DNA of 64,000 bases from a virus, in the IMG/VR virus record IMGVR_UViG_3300002063_000001, positions 1-64,000 of that record. The stretch is one strand, 5' to 3'. A model generated the notes under the pieces. It worked only from the letters and a program-made list of their open reading frames with translations, ran no database searches and was not told the DNA's origin. A program made the position numbers and the translations under genes. Of the stretch, positions 36,501 to 45,517 are shown one piece after another. Each line of letters opens with the position of its first letter. The first letter of the stretch is position 1.

Positions 36501-36840
36501 TGTCTAAAGAAAAATTAAGTATATCATTAACTAAAATAGGCTCTATAGTATTAGTCTCCGGGAAGAACTCATACCACCCGTGATTTCCATTGGAATTATA
36601 AATAGCATAAACTACCGACCCGTTTCTTACGTTCTCTTTTAATCCTATACAGACGTTATCTCCTACAGGTAGAGCAAAAGTTACTAGTGTCGTGCCTTTC
36701 TCATTGGTAATTACACCTCCAGAGCCGTCTCGTCTACCAAAATCACAAGCAAAGGCATACCTATACTGCTCTGTGGGAAGGAATCTATCCTCCACATCAG
36801 TATTCATACCCTTGGTAAATATTTTGATTTCCTTATCCAC
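33538..36840 (-). CDS. Large (1100 aa) structural protein, possibly tail tube/nozzle or hub
   Basis: Long ORF that overlaps the downstream gene by ATGA. The call rests on position and size only. Confidence 0.4.
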   Translation of the reverse strand: MDKEIKIFTKGMNTDVEDRFLPTEQYRYAFACDFGRRDGSGGVITNEKGTTLVTFALPVGDNVCIGLKENVRNGSVVYAIYNSNGNHGWYEFFPETNTIEPILVNDILNFSLDRRIHSINIFDDNLTYCDDLAPKHIVMSSAKAHTNGTPASRDVFPYDNLINTGTQEQRAQFITAGAYPPLYAPILSYRTEDVVINNLRDRLFQVVYRYVYIGDSRSSFSPISKISSPTGDENALDSFSVIVNNVLDVEYNTGSTDVIAIEIAIREANTGSFYLVERVDKFDLNNNSIIPSFSDETFSWSGERKYVIADNELINNYQIPVSSKTQALSYDNHLFYGNYVQGYDNVDVDVFVDLVQTALMDQDIFGDRSALILSQFPSSVFISNDQNYIDQNFPIEFSFTNTDNGDVFYYTFNSYPAPGYSSAALINAIILDLNAFLLANGLDSWEANGGEIRQTSTPNVALDTVEVSSAFQDTTITEKHKTLKSGSRQKFGIVYYDELGRSSGVHELDTLNVPFVGNMVDGILGVNYFPVVQEARLRINHMAPLWAKNYQVVVAPSDIEYFIVSRSTNLDTTNDFNGKNTWLLSGVSLFDDQITYEGLEYEFQEGDRLRFISEAATANYGLYLGAVDVRILQVDSASKQIIIEEPSAIDLTNNIFLDIANQFEIYRPRTLGENVYREIGEVYGITNGLHSGRVNQTAITPALLVLDYGDAYINQISDLNGYARGVETVFYSKHYQSTSTDVGRFQVFDESIEQRNFYNHFIYGGRYFENTQTNRLFEFSANNDSSVNSEHGEIRYMESVGYTIKVIQDKKLNSVYLNRQIAVNPGGTDSVVLSDKFIGEIRPYEFEDWGTTHPESVVSNGRYLYFWDARNGIFIRDDANGPNSISAIGFLKGSKDLALKYPGARVFGNYDESRENVYWTFGDETLSDTVAYSEEDKVWTGYEPYYPENYMSIGMLFISFKEGGLWRHDNELIRNTFYGNIAVQKIRTVFNERWQNIKTWLTLTEHANKKWEAPTKGDISTENTDMYGVQETRILENKFQYQDRKFNSNIPRDMNTPNITAPVINGDRLQSEVLIVSLENTHTELTKLTALEVKYNVQET

Positions 36841-37583
36841 TATCGCTTAACTCCTAAGTGTACATTCTCGTAGTAACTATCGATATATTCCTCTATTCTG
36901 AAAGGATCTTCTAAATTTCTTACTCTATCTATCTGAGCCGACCATTGGCGACCAAACGTAGCTTTCAAACTCATCGAAACTCTCGGTTTTCTTAGATTTA
37001 TCTGATAATCAAACCAAGTAATTAAAGCTTCTTTAGCGTATAAAGGGACTACGCTGTCTAGGCTTATCCCATCGCTGATATACTCCAATATAAGCTCATC
37101 GGTACTTACGCCATTAAGGAGAAACCTTCTATTGGTCTTGTCCTCCTTAAAATATCCTTGACTATTAAACCCTCCTCCGAGGCTGTAAAGCTGGCCTACA
37201 TTCTCTCCCTGAGCATTGAAGTGACTACCATAGTAATATCCTCCGGTATACTTACTTTTACTTTTAGACGCATTAGCGGACCTTTCAGCTACCGTTGTAC
37301 ATCCATCATTATCTTTTTGAGCAAGTATGTCATCACAGACAGTTAAGGTCCATAGGTTGTCGCAGTACATTACGCCTACTTTAGTGTAGGAAACATAATC
37401 GTCTGGCATACTCACTGTGCCCATATCCGATACAGGAAGGTATGCTACTTTCACAGCACAACTAGACATACCCATAAGGTGCAGCTCAGATAAACCGCTT
37501 ACGGCTAACTGATTAAGGAGAAGATCGTTCATAGACCCACTTCTAAGCTTGTAATCTGCTACTATGTCTCTAAGTTTTATCAT
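36840..37583 (-). CDS. Hypothetical structural protein (head-tail joining region)
   Basis: 247-aa ORF contiguous with its neighbours. Confidence 0.55.
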   Translation of the reverse strand: MIKLRDIVADYKLRSGSMNDLLLNQLAVSGLSELHLMGMSSCAVKVAYLPVSDMGTVSMPDDYVSYTKVGVMYCDNLWTLTVCDDILAQKDNDGCTTVAERSANASKSKSKYTGGYYYGSHFNAQGENVGQLYSLGGGFNSQGYFKEDKTNRRFLLNGVSTDELILEYISDGISLDSVVPLYAKEALITWFDYQINLRKPRVSMSLKATFGRQWSAQIDRVRNLEDPFRIEEYIDSYYENVHLGVKR

Positions 37584-38194
37584 TTAAAATCGGATATTCC
37601 TTGGTTAGTATTGTCTTCTGGAGTAAGTTTATGTTCTCTAGCTAATTGCTTTGCTACGGTGAACACTTCAGCACCAGAACCTTCTATAAAATTCACTTCA
37701 TCATCATCATCTAATGATCTAAGTTTCGGTATCACTACTATAGTAACATGCTTAGGCTTATCATTGTAAATTGAAACGAAATCCCCATTCACACTGTACC
37801 ACTTACCACCAGTAAATCCGGGCAAGTCCCCAAACTGAGCAACCTGCATAACAGAAACCCGCTCGTATCTCTGGGTAAATGAATTATTGCTCACCATACG
37901 TATAGCTATCCCCCCTGGGAGACCGGCTATTTCTATAGGGAGAGCAAATCCATATCGACCCTTTACACACTCTACATCTATACAGTCTATAGTTTTAGTA
38001 AGGAGATCCAGCCCCGAAGGGTCAAAAGACTCCCTGGCTTGGTTTTTCTTTATAGTATCTGAGTGTACCGCCTCTATGGCTAAGTCTAAGTAAGCTGCAA
38101 GCACTTCTGGATGATACTTTCGTTTAGTATCGTCACTATTGTCCCCTCCTCTAAGAGACTCGCCAAATAATTCTATGAGTTCTGCTTTAGTCAA
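37580..38194 (-). CDS. Hypothetical structural protein (head-tail joining region)
   Basis: 204-aa ORF with a 4-nt overlap with the downstream gene. Confidence 0.55.
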   Translation of the reverse strand: MTKAELIELFGESLRGGDNSDDTKRKYHPEVLAAYLDLAIEAVHSDTIKKNQARESFDPSGLDLLTKTIDCIDVECVKGRYGFALPIEIAGLPGGIAIRMVSNNSFTQRYERVSVMQVAQFGDLPGFTGGKWYSVNGDFVSIYNDKPKHVTIVVIPKLRSLDDDDEVNFIEGSGAEVFTVAKQLAREHKLTPEDNTNQGISDFK

Positions 38195-38920
38195 TTAGAT
38201 TCCTTTAGTTTTTCTACGTTCTGAGGTTTGGTAAGAGGTGCCATCTCTCAAGTTCTGAGAAGCATAGTTTACCAATACCGATATAATATCTGAATGCGTC
38301 TGTCTAGGCCAATCTAATTGAACTGTACGGCTAGGAGTTCCTACAGTTAGCACACTACCATCGTGGGAACCATTTTCATCTAGGTATACTATGTCATCAT
38401 TTACTATAGTATAATCCAAGAACGCCGTGTTAGGCATTCGGATATAAGTAAAATTAGCCGAAACTAGATTTCTTGGCTCAAACTCAGCTCCCTTATCGAT
38501 AATCCTACAAATAGGATTTTTAATGGTCGGCTTCTTTAGCTTAGTATGTATTCTACCGCTAAAATCATCATCATTAAGCACCTCAATATCTCCGTGATTG
38601 GTATAAACAGTACTAAGATGTAGGTAATCTTTTGGGAAGGTTGCTATCCCCAACGTATTAATATACAAAGGTGGGGTGTCTTTACCCATACGCACTTTTA
38701 GGTGGCCTAAATCTTCTGTGATTTTATGGCTAACCTCCCACGCTTGCCTTGGCATCTTGTACCGATTCTGGTACTCTTCAGGTATACCAAACTTAAGTTT
38801 TAGCATATCCATATCTAGAACCTCTAGAGTGTTGTTAAACTCGTCTATACTAAAGGCGTTCCCCCTTTGGGTTCTATTTAGTCTATAAATGACTTCTCGA
38901 TATATTTCATAAATAGTCAC
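38195..38920 (-). CDS. Hypothetical structural protein
   Basis: 241-aa ORF contiguous with its neighbours. Confidence 0.55.
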   Translation of the reverse strand: MTIYEIYREVIYRLNRTQRGNAFSIDEFNNTLEVLDMDMLKLKFGIPEEYQNRYKMPRQAWEVSHKITEDLGHLKVRMGKDTPPLYINTLGIATFPKDYLHLSTVYTNHGDIEVLNDDDFSGRIHTKLKKPTIKNPICRIIDKGAEFEPRNLVSANFTYIRMPNTAFLDYTIVNDDIVYLDENGSHDGSVLTVGTPSRTVQLDWPRQTHSDIISVLVNYASQNLRDGTSYQTSERRKTKGI

Positions 38921-40578
38921 TATAAGAATAACATAAATTGACCTTCTATCATATAAGTATTATTAGCTAAAAACTGAGTCCCATCATACAAGAAGAAGTC
39001 TATTGTGCCACTTGCATTAGAGCGTAGCCTTATCATGTTGCCAGTAAGCTGATCTATAAGTATAGCACTATTAAACTTTGATAAATCAAAAGCAATGCTA
39101 AGAGGCAGCCTAAAAAACGATTGTTGAGTAACAAACTCTACAGTAAGATTTAAGTTAACATAGAACCCTCCGCTAACAGTAAAATAATGGCTATTATCTT
39201 GGAGTATAACAGGGTCAGTAGCCGGCACTGTTGTGTTGTCAATAGGACTAGCTGCTTGGAAATGAAACCCATACTGCACCCAGTTAGGCAAAAACATTGC
39301 AACTGAGGCAGCATTAAAAGACGTAATCTCAGTAGTAGTTTCTAGCTTAGAGAAATACCGAGAGCCAGCAGTAGGTGATGCTGAAACATTTACAGGAACT
39401 CCAGTAGCCGTAAAATCATCACAGTAAAGAATATAAGTAAAATATGGAGTAGCATCTACTCCATCATTGCCATCAGCTCCTGTAGCACCATCAGCACCGT
39501 TAACATTACCTTGCAGTATCCATCCACCAGAAATCTTCTTGTAAACATCTCCTAGTTCATTCTGGTATAGATTGCCATCTAAACCTATTGAAGCATTAGC
39601 TAGTCCTGTCCCAAAAAGATATTGGAAATCACTTGACCCGCCAGATACATTCAAAGAAGATGCTATAATAGGGATAACCTCTGTAGGTAACCCGTCACCA
39701 GTATCTTCATCATTCTCGCAATCTTCGCAGCCACATCCACAAGTTTCAAACTCTTCTAGGATGCACTTTTTCATCTCTTCGGCTTTCACATAGTCTCCAC
39801 AACTAGCGTAAGCATTATAAGCGTGTATCTTAAGATTTATCCTAGATGCTGCTTCTAAAGCCGACTCATCGCCATCTTCTATTTTTTTAAGAAGGTCCGA
39901 AAGTGAGCACTTAATTAAACAGTAAAGGCTGCCGCAAATCACTTTATACGTATCCCCAAATTCATATCGGATACGCTGAGTAAATCCATTACTCTCATCA
40001 AAAACAACATTAGATACTACATTGGAAGTGTACACTCCAGTCCAAATATTTGGCGGGAGTATTACGTTTACGTCACTACCAGCAACATCCGCTATAGGCA
40101 CCGCTAAATTTACTGGATACTTAACTGTGTGCAACCTAGAAACAGTGGCATTAACCCCATAAGCAGTATTATCTGTAGATATAAGCACACTCTCAAAGCA
40201 ATTAGCTACTATGCTAACATCCTTATTTATAGACGGTTTCTCAAAACTAAAACGCTTAGTCACCGTATGCTCCTCAGTGGTAGTCCCGTTAAGAGTAGCA
40301 ATGTACTCAAACACATATTCTCCTTCTACAAACTCCCCTTCAGCATCTAAGCTAACTAAAAACGTAGCTACAGATCCAATCCCATCAGGGTCTATATCTA
40401 AAGCATTAGCGGTGAAAACCGAACCATCAGGCAAATAACCTTTAAGCTTAGCCTCAAACATTGTATTATCGAACCCTGGCTCTATAGCCGAGTAGATAGT
40501 GCTATCCGTTAAAACTATTGTTTTAGGAACAGATGTGTGATCAAATTCTATGAAGAAATCTATCTGGGAAAAATCCAT
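38920..40578 (-). CDS. Structural protein with a Cys-rich acidic cluster and a short collagen-like G-X-Y run
   Basis: CILEEFETCGCGCEDCENDED lies at aa 272-290 (DNA about 39709-39765). GADGATGADGNDGVDA, five G-X-Y triplets, lies at aa 361-376 (DNA 39451-39498). A perfect palindromic motif precedes the gene. Confidence 0.55.
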   Translation of the reverse strand: MDFSQIDFFIEFDHTSVPKTIVLTDSTIYSAIEPGFDNTMFEAKLKGYLPDGSVFTANALDIDPDGIGSVATFLVSLDAEGEFVEGEYVFEYIATLNGTTTEEHTVTKRFSFEKPSINKDVSIVANCFESVLISTDNTAYGVNATVSRLHTVKYPVNLAVPIADVAGSDVNVILPPNIWTGVYTSNVVSNVVFDESNGFTQRIRYEFGDTYKVICGSLYCLIKCSLSDLLKKIEDGDESALEAASRINLKIHAYNAYASCGDYVKAEEMKKCILEEFETCGCGCEDCENDEDTGDGLPTEVIPIIASSLNVSGGSSDFQYLFGTGLANASIGLDGNLYQNELGDVYKKISGGWILQGNVNGADGATGADGNDGVDATPYFTYILYCDDFTATGVPVNVSASPTAGSRYFSKLETTTEITSFNAASVAMFLPNWVQYGFHFQAASPIDNTTVPATDPVILQDNSHYFTVSGGFYVNLNLTVEFVTQQSFFRLPLSIAFDLSKFNSAILIDQLTGNMIRLRSNASGTIDFFLYDGTQFLANNTYMIEGQFMLFL

Positions 40579-40596
40579 AGAACAAAAGTACCCATC

Positions 40597-40619
40597 AATA
40601 ACAACATATATTTGTTATT
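40597..40619. promoter_or_regulatory. Perfect copy of the 23-bp palindrome AATAACAA-CATATAT-TTGTTATT
   Basis: It lies 19-41 nt upstream of the minus-strand start at 40578 and immediately downstream (minus sense) of a terminator. Confidence 0.6.
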
Positions 40620-40622
40620 TAC

Positions 40623-40650
40623 AAAAAAAAGACCCGCCTAAGCGAGTCTT
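40623..40650 (-). terminator. Rho-independent terminator after gene 40684..41805
   Basis: The minus strand reads GACTCGC-TTAG-GCGGGTC followed by T8. Confidence 0.75.
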
Positions 40651-40683
40651 TAAACTAATCAAAAAACTAAAATTAATCAGTAA

Positions 40684-41805
40684 TTACGAACCTTCGTTCA
40701 GCTTGTTCATTATTACATCAACTAGCTTACCGTCTTTGTTATTTTTGAATGCGTTTGGCACACTGTCAGAACCCGAGATTTTGCAATACACATCTCTTAG
40801 GTCGCCTAATTCCATAGCCTCTAGTGTCTCTCGGCTATAGCTATTCTCTATTTCACCTTCTTCTACCACCACTTCTGGTACAGTGCTAAGCTTGTACACT
40901 AAAGCTGCTCGGTCTACTATCTTATTTCTAAGCTTAGAGTCCTTAAGCATAAGCTGGACTAGAGTGCTTCTAGGATCATCACTTATAGAGATACCTTTAA
41001 CCACTTGCTCAGTAGGTACACCGTCTTTACAGAAAGAAACTGTCCACTCCGTACTTGTTTTAGCAAATCGAAGGATATTAGCTTCTTCTAAGTCTACGAT
41101 TTTACCTCTTATCTGAAGCTCGCTACTGTCTGTTTTAAGCATATTCAAGTACTTGGTAGCTTTAGTCGCCGTAAGTGGCTGTAGAGCTCTTGAAACTTGA
41201 TCAGAAAGAAGAACAGTAGATGTCTCGGTAGACCCTTTAATATCTAACCCTTTTGCAAGGAGTATCAATATGTCTTTATCTTTCTGAGAAGCTTCTTCAT
41301 CTATGAATATCTTAGCCTCTAGCTTAGATATAGCTGCTCTGTCTTTTACCCTCTGAGCAGCAATAGCATTTTCGTTTACAATTCTTACTAGAGATCTACT
41401 CTTGTACGAAGGGTCTACAAAATTACCTTCTACATTAGGAGATAAAAACGCTAAGAAATAAGCTAACTTAGTGTCTTTAATCACCATTCTTCTAGTCACA
41501 GTATGGAGCGAAGGATGATAGGTCAGCAACTGCGGGTTGTTTGCATTAGGACTAACACTATTTGCACAGCGTATAGTTTCCCCTTTTTCATTTTTACCAA
41601 TAAGCTTTAAGCTTCTAGCTCCCGGTAGGATTTCCTGAGGCTGTTTAGTCTCGGGGTGGGTCTTAGTGATCACATCTGACTCTAAGAAGTCAATAAGCAA
41701 CACTGGCTTACCTTTTACTAAAGTAAGGCCTCTTTGTGCCCAAGCTTTTACAATCTTTTCGTCTGTAAATTCTGATAGTAATTTGTCGTTTTGATATAAT
41801 TCCAT
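40684..41805 (-). CDS. Hypothetical, probably abundant, structural protein (single gene bracketed by two terminators)
   Basis: 373-aa ORF lying between the post-capsid terminator and the 40623..40650 terminator. Confidence 0.55.
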   Translation of the reverse strand: MELYQNDKLLSEFTDEKIVKAWAQRGLTLVKGKPVLLIDFLESDVITKTHPETKQPQEILPGARSLKLIGKNEKGETIRCANSVSPNANNPQLLTYHPSLHTVTRRMVIKDTKLAYFLAFLSPNVEGNFVDPSYKSRSLVRIVNENAIAAQRVKDRAAISKLEAKIFIDEEASQKDKDILILLAKGLDIKGSTETSTVLLSDQVSRALQPLTATKATKYLNMLKTDSSELQIRGKIVDLEEANILRFAKTSTEWTVSFCKDGVPTEQVVKGISISDDPRSTLVQLMLKDSKLRNKIVDRAALVYKLSTVPEVVVEEGEIENSYSRETLEAMELGDLRDVYCKISGSDSVPNAFKNNKDGKLVDVIMNKLNEGS

Positions 41806-41822
41806 TGTATATATTAATTAAT

Positions 41823-41846
41823 AAAAGGGAGGCCGTATGACCTCCC
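41823..41846 (-). terminator. Rho-independent terminator after the capsid-like gene
   Basis: The minus strand reads GGGAGG-TCATACGG-CCTCCC followed by TTTTATT. Confidence 0.65.
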
Positions 41847-41864
41847 TCGTATTTGTTTTAGTTT

Positions 41865-43265
41865 TTAGCCTGTGATTTTGGTCCACAGTTTACCGTGAGA
41901 GAAGCAAGACCCAATGTCACTTCTTAGGTAGATGGCATCCATATCAATAGGACCAATTTGGTTTCTTGATTTAGCTGAACCATCTTCCCACACTTCCATT
42001 CTTCTGTTGTACGTGCCTTTCTTTTTGTACTTGAATCCGAAGTAGCTCTCTTGCTTACCACTCTTAGGATCTTTAAACGTACCCCAAGGGAACATAAGCG
42101 AGATAGCTTGGTACTGATCTGCAAAGTTTCCATTGTTATACACTGTAGGATCGTCTAAGATGCCCATAGAAGAGAAGTAATACTTATTTCTAGTACCTTG
42201 TAGGCATCTGAAGCTAGTAGTCGCATCTAATGACTCTCCTGGTATCTCAGAATTAGGGGTACGCATTAGTTGAGCGTTATTAGATGTAGCAGCAAACTTC
42301 GCTTCTAGTACTCGGTTAATCTCTTGCTGTCTAGCTAGAGCCGAAAGAACTATCTGCTTACCATCGTTTCTAAAGCTTACAGAGTTGTTCTCCAATGCTT
42401 CAAAATCGTTTACAGTAAGAGTTCCCAAAGGAATAGAGACTACATTACCTCTCTCAGCGAAAGATAGTGCTCCTTCTGTAGAAGTACGTCTATTACCTTC
42501 TTTATCTACCTGTAGAGCAGCGTTATCTATCTTAGTCCCACTAAATAGGGCCTGAGTGATTTTACGCTTTTGCTCTAGCTCTACTTTGTACTGTAGATCG
42601 TGATAAGCAAAGTTAGTACCATCTACTCCTTTAAGGATTTTAAAGCCGGCATCGCCATCTAGGTAAGTGTCCTCAGTCTTTGCAGAACCAGAGATACACA
42701 TTGTAGATTTGATAATCTGTGTACACCCACTCTCAAAATCGTAAGCATACTTTCTAGGATTTGGTTGTCCTGTCTTCTCACCCCAAGAGTTAGATTTATT
42801 GATCACTATGTCACCCGGTGCAAGTGCAGGAATAACTTTAGTACCATCTTTAGGTGCTATTACGGCAGTGATAGTAGTACCAGCTACTATTCTTTCTTGC
42901 ACTATACACTGTATAGCTTCCATATTAGCAGCGTCCCAGATTTCTACCTCATCATTCTCATCAAGGAAAGTCTCATTGGTATAAGACCCTACTGTCTGAC
43001 CTTGTAACGTGATAGTTACAAAACCTCCAGCAGCTCCAGCAGCACTAGGAGCACCGATTATATCGTTGTTCCAGATTCTTTGCTCTTCAAAGTGTCCATA
43101 CTCTGTTCGCCCTGTTGGAGAGGTCATCCCCCAACTCGTAAGCATATCGTGAAATTCTGCGAAGTGATCTCCGTAGATTCTTGAATACTTATTTGCGATG
43201 CTTGGTTCTAGTATGTTTATGTCGGCCAACCAAGGTACAGTAACACCATTGTGTTCTATATACAT
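41865..43265 (-). CDS. Putative major capsid protein
   Basis: 466 aa, immediately downstream of a scaffold-like acidic coiled-coil gene and followed by a strong hairpin terminator. No motif-level confirmation is possible by eye. Confidence 0.5.
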   Translation of the reverse strand: MYIEHNGVTVPWLADINILEPSIANKYSRIYGDHFAEFHDMLTSWGMTSPTGRTEYGHFEEQRIWNNDIIGAPSAAGAAGGFVTITLQGQTVGSYTNETFLDENDEVEIWDAANMEAIQCIVQERIVAGTTITAVIAPKDGTKVIPALAPGDIVINKSNSWGEKTGQPNPRKYAYDFESGCTQIIKSTMCISGSAKTEDTYLDGDAGFKILKGVDGTNFAYHDLQYKVELEQKRKITQALFSGTKIDNAALQVDKEGNRRTSTEGALSFAERGNVVSIPLGTLTVNDFEALENNSVSFRNDGKQIVLSALARQQEINRVLEAKFAATSNNAQLMRTPNSEIPGESLDATTSFRCLQGTRNKYYFSSMGILDDPTVYNNGNFADQYQAISLMFPWGTFKDPKSGKQESYFGFKYKKKGTYNRRMEVWEDGSAKSRNQIGPIDMDAIYLRSDIGSCFSHGKLWTKITG

Positions 43266-43322
43266 TAGTTGTAATTGTTAAAAGTTAAAAATTTAAAAAA
43301 AATCGCCGTATTTTCATTTTGC

Positions 43323-44465
43323 TTAATAGACTTTATACTCCTTAGCTTGTTTAGCTAAAATCTCCTCTAGGCTATCCTCGTTATTCGGCTTAGCAACTTT
43401 CTGAGTAGTGCTCGGATTAGATTTTTCTTTCAAATCCGACATTTTCACCTCAGCTTTCAATGTCTCTCTGAGTGACTTAACAAAAGAGCCATCTTTAATA
43501 GCCTCCTTAAGTAACTCGTCCGACACAGCTTGCTTAATCTGATTAACTTGGTCCTCGCCAGTTCCATACTTTGACATTAAAGAAGTCATATAAGCTTCGT
43601 GCTTAGCTAACTTATCTCCTACATCAATAGTCATATTCTCCACTCCAGGAATAGAAACCTTTAATCCCTCGCTAATTATCTCTTTAGCTTTTAGGTTAGC
43701 TTCTGCTCTCTTTGTTTCAAACTCTTCGGCTTGAGCCTTCGGGGTATTCGCATTCAGTCCCTCTTGCATCTCCGCAATCTCACTAGCAGCTTTTTTAGAA
43801 TCTGACTTAAGTAATGCTTGATCAATAGCACTTAAATCTTCATAAGACTCAGCATCAGTACCGTATTCAGCTAAAATACGCTCGGTCAGCCCTGCCTCCA
43901 TTCCCATAAGGTCTGGATTATCTAAAACTTGTTTAGCTACTAATGTCGCAATTGGATCTGCAGCATCATGTTTAAACGACTTCACTTTTGGTAATATCAA
44001 AAGTGCTTTATCTTCACCCACTTGCTTGACTAAGTTATTAAGCTGGATTTCAGTCTCAGTTAAGTTTATACCTTGTGTTTCTTCTAGTTTTAAACTTAAC
44101 GACTCTACCTGAGCTTTTAACTTAGTCTCTCTGTCGGTTGAATTCTTTATATACTCATTGAGGGCTTCTACATTCTCAAACGTACCATCTCCTACGCTCC
44201 CCCAATCAAAATCTACTGCAGCAGGCTCTTCAGGTTCTCCACCTTCATCACCTTCCTCATTTACTACCTCTTCTGGAGTAGGTTCCTCTTCAGGCTCTAC
44301 TATCTCTGCAGGTTTCTCTGGTTCTACTTTAGCCTCTAGTTCTTTAGGAGCAATCGGCTCTTCTACTTTTTCAACTACTGGAGCAACTGGTTTAGCACCT
44401 GGAGTATTTGTTAGTGCATCATTAGATACAGTGTCTTGAGCAAATTCAGCTAAAATATCTTGCAT
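43323..44465 (-). CDS. Putative scaffolding protein
   Basis: 380 aa and very acidic. It has a Pro/Glu-rich N-terminal region (PEKPAEIVEPEEEPTPEEV) followed by long helical K/E/A-rich segments. It is the first gene of the late block, upstream of the capsid-like gene. Confidence 0.5.
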   Translation of the reverse strand: MQDILAEFAQDTVSNDALTNTPGAKPVAPVVEKVEEPIAPKELEAKVEPEKPAEIVEPEEEPTPEEVVNEEGDEGGEPEEPAAVDFDWGSVGDGTFENVEALNEYIKNSTDRETKLKAQVESLSLKLEETQGINLTETEIQLNNLVKQVGEDKALLILPKVKSFKHDAADPIATLVAKQVLDNPDLMGMEAGLTERILAEYGTDAESYEDLSAIDQALLKSDSKKAASEIAEMQEGLNANTPKAQAEEFETKRAEANLKAKEIISEGLKVSIPGVENMTIDVGDKLAKHEAYMTSLMSKYGTGEDQVNQIKQAVSDELLKEAIKDGSFVKSLRETLKAEVKMSDLKEKSNPSTTQKVAKPNNEDSLEEILAKQAKEYKVY

Positions 44466-44552
44466 AGATTTTGTTTTTCACTTACAAAACTATAAACTTT
44501 TTACGTATTTATTGTTAATAACAGTGAAATTATGTAGAAAAATGAAAATAAA

Positions 44553-44585
44553 CTTGTTTTATTGGGAGAGTTGGCGTTACATTTG
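44553..44585 (+). promoter_or_regulatory. Candidate Bacteroidota-type promoter for the early + strand block
   Basis: TTG at 44554-44556 and TACATTTG (TAnnTTTG) at 44578-44585. It sits in the divergent region between the late (-) and early (+) blocks. Confidence 0.35.
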
Positions 44586-44677
44586 TGGTATGTATAGGCA
44601 GGATACACAGTAAGACTTTATTTTCTTCTTGGAAATATTATAAAACCTGTGCTACCTGCCTTAGTACGGGTTTTTTT

Positions 44678-45505
44678 ATGTCAAAAATTTACATAAACGG
44701 GAGGCTTTACGCCAAAGCAAGAGAGGAAGGGTGGCTTACGTCACTTTCGTACTTTGTTTATTGGTCCAGTAAGTACCCTAGCAAATTTTTCCATGTTAAA
44801 GACCTTAAAAAATTTAGCCGATCCTGTATTAAGTACAATCTAAAAGTACTAGAGAGTAAGGGGTTAGCTGTTATCGAGAATGGGTATGTGAAGTTTACCA
44901 GTAATAGTAAAATACGATCACAGCTACCTATCTATAATAAAAAGAGAGAAAAATACGAATACTCCAGCCGAGATAAACTATACATCAAAAATCCTGGAGG
45001 TATTAACAATATTAAATTGTTTTTGAAATCTGTTCCATTTCTCAGCAACATTAGTTGGCAGAGAAAAATGGAGGGTAAAAAAGAACGCATCCGTACTATT
45101 TATTCAAGCAGTTCTAAAAATCAGCCACTAAACGTTTCTAAAAAGGAGCGTAAGAAGTTGAATGAACTGAAAGACCGTTTAGGTCAAAAGCGTTTCGATG
45201 AATTACACTCGAGTTCAGGTATTCAACTATCAATTAAGGGTTCAATGAAAGTTTTAGGGGTTTCAAGGAACACGGCTATCAAATACAGGAGGAAAATGGA
45301 ACGTATGCGATTAGTTACTTCAGAGAGGGTTAGTGAAGTTATAGGTAAGTGTAGTTCCAAGGAGGAGTTTCGGTTAATGAGGTCTTACTATGATACCCTT
45401 CCTCTGTATGCTAGATACTATAAGGGGAATATCCTAGTAGATAAATCTACAATATATCAAAACTCCTTCCGTGTATCTCTCTTGAATAATAGATGTGTTC
45501 AATAA
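44678..45505 (+). CDS. Putative DNA-binding regulator with two HTH/wHTH-like segments
   Basis: SRSCIKYNLKVLESKGLAVIENGYVKF is wHTH-like and MKVLGVSRNTAIKYRRKMERMRLV is HTH-like. I prefer the ATG at 44678 over the GTG at 44585 given in the ORF track. Confidence 0.5.
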   Translation: MSKIYINGRLYAKAREEGWLTSLSYFVYWSSKYPSKFFHVKDLKKFSRSCIKYNLKVLESKGLAVIENGYVKFTSNSKIRSQLPIYNKKREKYEYSSRDKLYIKNPGGINNIKLFLKSVPFLSNISWQRKMEGKKERIRTIYSSSSKNQPLNVSKKERKKLNELKDRLGQKRFDELHSSSGIQLSIKGSMKVLGVSRNTAIKYRRKMERMRLVTSERVSEVIGKCSSKEEFRLMRSYYDTLPLYARYYKGNILVDKSTIYQNSFRVSLLNNRCVQ

Positions 45506-45517
45506 AAAAACAGAATA

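Noticed and set aside
40550-40840. 96-aa + strand ORF across the 40597 palindrome and terminator
   Set aside because: It runs through a terminator hairpin and is antisense to the ends of two minus-strand genes. It has no supporting features.
44585-44677. Upstream extensions of ORFs given in the track (GTG at 44585, start at 57489, ATG at 48905, ATG at 57091)
   Set aside because: The extensions cross promoter or repeat regions, or overlap the preceding gene. Internal ATGs at 44678, 57600, 48983 and 57127 give ATGA-type coupling or begin right at the conserved domain.
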